Assembly (NCBI RefSeq): GCF_963921235.1
Contig: NC_086097.1
Location: 114,640,001-114,704,000 of the forward strand
DNA length: 64,000 bases
Source of the DNA: Mobula hypostoma
Taxonomy: Eukaryota
Direction: 5' to 3'
Position 1 is the stretch's first letter. The number at the start of each line of letters is the position of its first letter. The notes beneath the pieces are model-generated. The model saw only the letters and a list, made by a program, of their open reading frames with translations, was not told where the DNA came from and did not search any database. Shown one piece after another: positions 59,057 through 64,000 of this stretch. A program made the position numbers and the translations under genes.

Positions 59057-59597
59057 CACTCAGTGACCACATTATTAGTTGCCTCCTATAAAATGGCCAC
59101 TGAATATGCATTCCACTTCAAGGTCGCCCACCCACTTCAAGGTTTGGTGTGTTGTGTGTTCAGAGATGTTCTTCTACATACCACTGTTGTAATGCATGGT
59201 TGTTTGAGTTTCTGTCACCTTCCTGTCAGTTAGAACCAGTTTGGTCATTCTCCTCTGACCTCTCTCATTAACAAGGTGCTTTCATTCACAGAACTGCTGC
59301 TGTTTTTTTTGGTTCTCACACCATTCTCTGTAAACTCTAGAGATTTTTGTGTGTAAAAATCTCAAGAGATCAGCATTTTCTGAGATACTCAAATCATCCC
59401 ATATGGAACCAACAACCATTCCACGGTCACAGTCACTTTGATCACGTTTCTTCCCCATTCTGATGTTTGATCTGAACAACATCTGAACCTCTTGACCATG
59501 TCTACATGCTTTTATGCATTGAGTTGCTGCCACGTGATTGGCTGATTAGATATTTGCATTAACGAGCAGGTGCGCCTAATAAACTGGCCACTAAATG
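59057..59597 (-). mobile_element. non-autonomous Tc1-derived element; related fragment at about 17870-18036
   Basis: TIRs cactcagtgaccacattattag / ctaataaactggccactaaatg; remnant MGKKRDQSDCDRGMVVG...ISENADLL..ISRVYREW. Confidence 0.8.
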
Positions 59598-60317
59598 TAT
59601 ATCCCATTTTTTTTATTATCTAAATATACTGAGGTCTGTGACCTACTGTATAATCTCTGCGAGAGTGGCGTAAACACACGAAATGGAGTAGTTCACCACT
59701 TTCTCCTCAAGAACAATTAGCGATGAACAATAAATGATGACGTTGTCTGTGATGGTCTCATGTACGAATAAAAATAAGTACATTATAAATCACACAATTA
59801 AATGTAATGCTACTTTTTAAATGAAATTATGTTGAATGTAGTCTTTATTAAATAGCTGTCGCTTCTGAATGAGGATATAATCTCCAAAATGTTGAGCTAT
59901 TGACTGGGCAAATAGCTGTCAAATTACATTAAGTTATGCAACAGTCTGAACAACCCTCTTTTTCTCGATGAGAATAATATAGGTATCATAATACAATTGA
60001 AATATGAGAACCAATTGCAATTAGTATTATAAAGTCTATTTTTGATCTAATTTAGAGCTGAGTTACTGGCTTAGACTTCCAATAACTCCATGCAAAATTT
60101 CTTCTGTGGTTAGATTAAGAGCATTACAGATATTCAAGGACTTGCCTCAACTAGGTATTGAACTCAGGAATTCACTGAATTATGCAAAGCTTTCGCAGGA
60201 AATGCTAGGGTAGATGCAATGACATTTCCTCAGGCTGTCCAGAGCAAAGGTCACAGTTTCAAATTAAGGGTTTCCTATTTAGGATCAAGATGGGAAGAAA
60301 ATTTTGCACCAGGCATG

Positions 60318-61969
60318 TCATAGATTCATTGAAAAAACAGCACAGAAACAGGCCCTTCAGCCAATCTACTCCATGCTGAACCATTTAAACTGCTTACTCC
60401 CAATGATGTGCACCGGGACCACAGCCCTCAATAACCCTACCATCCATGTACCTATCCAAACTTCTCATAAACCTTCACATTGAGCTTGCATGCACCACTT
60501 GTGCTGGCAGCTCGTTCCACACTTACGACAACTCTGAGTGAAGAAGTTTCCCCTCATGTTCCCCTTAAACTTTTCACCTATCACCCTTATCCCATGACCT
60601 CTAGTTGTAGTCACACCCAATTTTAGTGAAAAAGGTCTGCTTGCATTTACCCAATCTATACCCCTCATAATATTTATACCTCCATCAAATCTCCCCTTAT
60701 CTTCTATATTCCAGTGAATAAAATCCTAACCTATTCAATCTTTCCATATAACTCAGGTCCTCTAGTTGTGGCAACATCCTTGTAAATTTTCTCTGCACTC
60801 CTTCAACCTTATTTACATCTTTCCTGCAGGTAGGTGGCCAAAACTGCACACAATACTCCAAATTAGGCCTCACCAATGTCTTATACAATTTCAATATCAC
60901 ATCCCAACTCCTGTAGTCAAGACATTGATTTATGAAGACCAATATGAAAAAAAATCTTTCTTTAAGACATTATCTACCTGTGCTGGTGTCATGAATTTTC
61001 AATGAATTATGGACCTGTGTTCAAAAATCCCTTTGTTCCACAGCACTCCTCTGTGCCATATCACTCCCTGTGTAAGACCGACCCCTGTTGGTCCTATTGA
61101 AGTTCACCACCTCGCACTTGTCTGCACTAAATTCCATCTGCTATTTTTCAGCCCATTTTTCTACCTGGTCCAGATCCTACTATAAGCTTCGATGGTCTTT
61201 GTCACTGTCCACTACATCCCCAATCTCTATGTCATCCACAAATTTGCTGATCCAGTGAACCACATTATCATCCAGATTATCTATACAGATAACAAACAAC
61301 AATGGACCCAGCACCAATCCCTGCATCACTCCGCCAGTCACAAGCCTCCAGTCAGCTGAGTGACTGAACCTTAATGACCAACCTCCATTGCAGGATCTTG
61401 TCAAATGTCCATGTAGACAAAATCCACTGCCTTTCCTTCTCCAACTTTCCTGGTAGCTTCCGCAAAAAAAGAAATCTGTAAGATTGGTTAGACACGACTC
61501 ACCGTGCACAAAGCCATCAGTCCTTGTCTATCCAAGTACTCCTATATCTAGTCCCTTAGAATATCTTCCAATAACTTTCCCACTACTGATGTCAGTCTCA
61601 CTGGCCTTTAATTTCCTGGTTTACTTTTAGAGCCTTTCTTAAATAGTGGAACGACATTAGCTACCCTCCAATCCTTCAGTACCTCACCTGTAGCTAAGGA
61701 TGATTTAAATATCTCTGCTAGGGCCCTACAGTTTATGCACTTGCCTCCCACAGGATCCAATGGAACATGTTGTTGGGCCTTGGGGATTTATCTGCCCTAA
61801 TCTGTTTCAAGACAGTAAACACCTCATCCTCTGTAATCACTTACAGGGTCCATGGCCTCACTGCTGTTTTTCCTCACTTCTATAGACTTTGTGTCTGTCT
61901 CCTCAGTAAGTACAGATGCAAAAATCCATTTAAGATCTCCCCCATCTCTTTTGGCTCCTTGCATAGATT
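60318..61969 (-). mobile_element. CR1-like LINE (RT and 3' end)
   Basis: SCLTNL, QGLVLGPLLF, LYKTLVRPNLEYCVQFW, RGNFFTQ. Confidence 0.88.
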
Positions 61970-63170
61970 ACGCAGCTGTGGAGCAGGCAGTGTGTTCTCT
62001 GAAGCTGTGAGATATCATCGGCAACCCCTGCGTCGGGCGGCAAGGACTCGGCTCAGTTCACTTCCAGAAGTGGGGAAGTGCAAGCATAAGGAACAGGGGA
62101 GACATGGTACAGGCAGAAGTACGGATCCGTGAGGAAGAGAAGCGGATTTCAAAGGCAGTGGAACGAGGACCCCAGGGTGCCTGGACAAAATGGGATCTGC
62201 CCAAGCGCAAGACCTCATGAGCAGAGTTATGGAGACTGGAGCCCTTCCGTATTTCCTTCCTCTTGCGATCCGTGTATGACACCCTTCCTTCGCCATTACA
62301 TCTGTATACATGGGGGATGAGAGAGGACCCGATCTGTAAGCTCTGTGGTCAAAAGGGGACACTGGCTCATATACTGTCCGGGTGTAAAACAGCTCTAACT
62401 TAAGGGCGGTATAGGTGGCACCATGATAAGGTGCTTCTGGCTCTTGCTGACACACGAGAGCGGGAGAGATGCAAGAAGAGGACGGCTGGCACAGATTTGA
62501 GGAAGGCCATCACCTTCATCAAAGAGGGAGCTAGGCCTTTCGTAATCAAACAACCAAAGCCCAATCTGCTGCTAATGGCCAGGTCCTGGGAGATGAGAGT
62601 TGATGTGGGAAGGAGGTTGCAGTTCCCGGATGTGCTGCACATAACCCTACACCCGGACATTGTACTGTGGTCAACCGAAGACAAGAAAATAATTCTGGTC
62701 GAGTTGACTATGCCGTGGGAGGAGGGATGGGAAGAGGCCCACGAGGGAAAGGCCTGGAAGTACCAGCCCTTAGTGCAGGAGTGTAAAGACAAGGGATGGC
62801 AGGCATGGTTGTTCCCTGTGGAGGTCGGCTGCAGAGGTTTCCCAGCCAAATCAGCATGGTGGTTGTTGTCAGATCTGGGCCTGGACGAAAGGAGCGAAAA
62901 ACAAGCAGCTCATAGGATGGGGGAAGAGGCAGAATGAGCTTCTTGTTGGACTTGGAGTAGGCGAGGGGAGGAAAGCTGGAAGCCAGGAGCAGACGGGCAG
63001 TGATTTGGCCACCACTGCCGGCCCACCAAATGAAGAGTGTCACGGTTAAGGGTCGAAACACTCTGTGAAGGTTGGGAATCACCTGATGACATCTGCTCCT
63101 GGCTGAAGGCTACGGTTACCTTATAAGGTATCTGGAGAATGCACCCTAACAGGTGTATGTAACAAGCAAA
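61970..63170 (+). mobile_element. 5'-truncated HERO/R2-like non-LTR retrotransposon with restriction-like endonuclease
   Basis: LRSVYDTLPSP, zinc knuckle CKLC...HILSGC, RYRWHHD, PDIVLW...VELTMPWE...KY...PVEVGCRGF; premature stops at 62401 and 62935. Confidence 0.88.
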
Positions 63171-63394
63171 CTATTCTGACCTTTGGATTTCTCTGTTCTG
63201 GAGAGCATTAGATGCTCCATTGCTAGATTAATGGAAATTGGAAGCCTTATTTGATATTAGGAGAATCAGGGGATATTTTGCTGGAAAGTGACACTGTGGT
63301 AAAAAAAACCTGTAATGGTCTTATACAGTACTTGGTTCCTCCTGCTTCTATTTCCTATGTTACGATGAATCCGATGTCTCACTAAAATTGTTTC

Positions 63395-64000
63395 AGAAAA
63401 CATAGAAAACATACAGCACAGTACAGGCCCTTTGGCCCACAAAGCTGTGCTGAACACGTCCCTACCTTAGAACTACCTAGGCTTTGCCCATAGCCTCTAT
63501 TTTTCTAAGCTCCTTGTAGCCATCCAGGAGTCTCTTAAAAGACCCTATCGGTTCCGCCTCCACCACCGCCGCCGGCAGCCCATTCCACGCACTCACCACT
63601 CTCTGCATAAAAAATTTACCCTTGATATCTCCTCTGTACCTACTTCCAAGCACCTTAAAACTATGCCCTCTCATGCTAACCATTTCAGTCCTGGGGAAAA
63701 GCCTCTGACTATCCACATGATCAATGCCTCTCATTATCTTGTACACCTCTATCAGGTCACCTCTCATCCTCCGTCACTCCAAGGAGAAAAGGCTGAGTTC
63801 ACTCAACCTATTCTCATAAGGCATGCTCCCCAATCCAGGCAACATCCTTGTAAATCTCCTCTGCACCCTTTCGATTGTTTCCATGTCCTTCCTATAGTGA
63901 GGCAACCAGAAATGAGCTCAGTACTCCAAGTGGGTTCTGACCAGGCTCCTATGTAGCTGCAAAATTACCTCTCGGCTCTTAAACTCAATCCCACAATTGA
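63395..64000 (-). mobile_element. CR1-like LINE 3' end running off the window
   Basis: MRGDLIEVYKIMRGID...FFMQRVVSAWN; tail tatgttttctatgtttt on the - strand. Confidence 0.88.

Noticed and set aside
1..64000. CRISPR arrays, operons or prokaryotic defence/retron systems suggested by RT and nuclease ORFs
   Set aside because: The sequence is eukaryotic (spliced gene, LINEs, SINEs); all RT and nuclease fragments belong to transposons and there is no repeat-spacer array

Overview
Eukaryotic, repeat-rich vertebrate DNA. The repeat families resemble those of cartilaginous fish, probably a batoid ray (inference only). One protein-coding gene is supported: eight + strand coding exons of an FBXO15 (F-box only protein 15) orthologue at 3217-39996. 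All introns are GT-AG and the phases join into one 435-aa frame from the F-box to the stop; the 5' exon(s) were not found. Most of the rest is nested transposable elements: CR1-, Rex1/Babar-, L1- and HERO-like LINEs, Penelope-like elements (PLEs), Tc1/mariner, Tigger and Harbinger DNA elements, tRNA-derived SINEs and a solo LTR. Nearly all entries in the ORF track are fragments or antisense shadows of these. Most notable: (1) a dispersed family of minimal hammerhead ribozymes in PLE tails, often in fold-back insertions with 13-14 bp target site duplications (TSDs); (2) a 423-bp RTE-derived element whose 5' end folds into an HDV-like ribozyme; (3) a Sleeping Beauty-like Tc1 with two right ends, a horizontal-transfer candidate; (4) two fbxo15 splice acceptors remodelled by retroelement insertions; (5) hammerhead-core motifs in permuted order in a HERO 3' UTR. 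Family assignments come from recognised motifs and recollection, not database searches.
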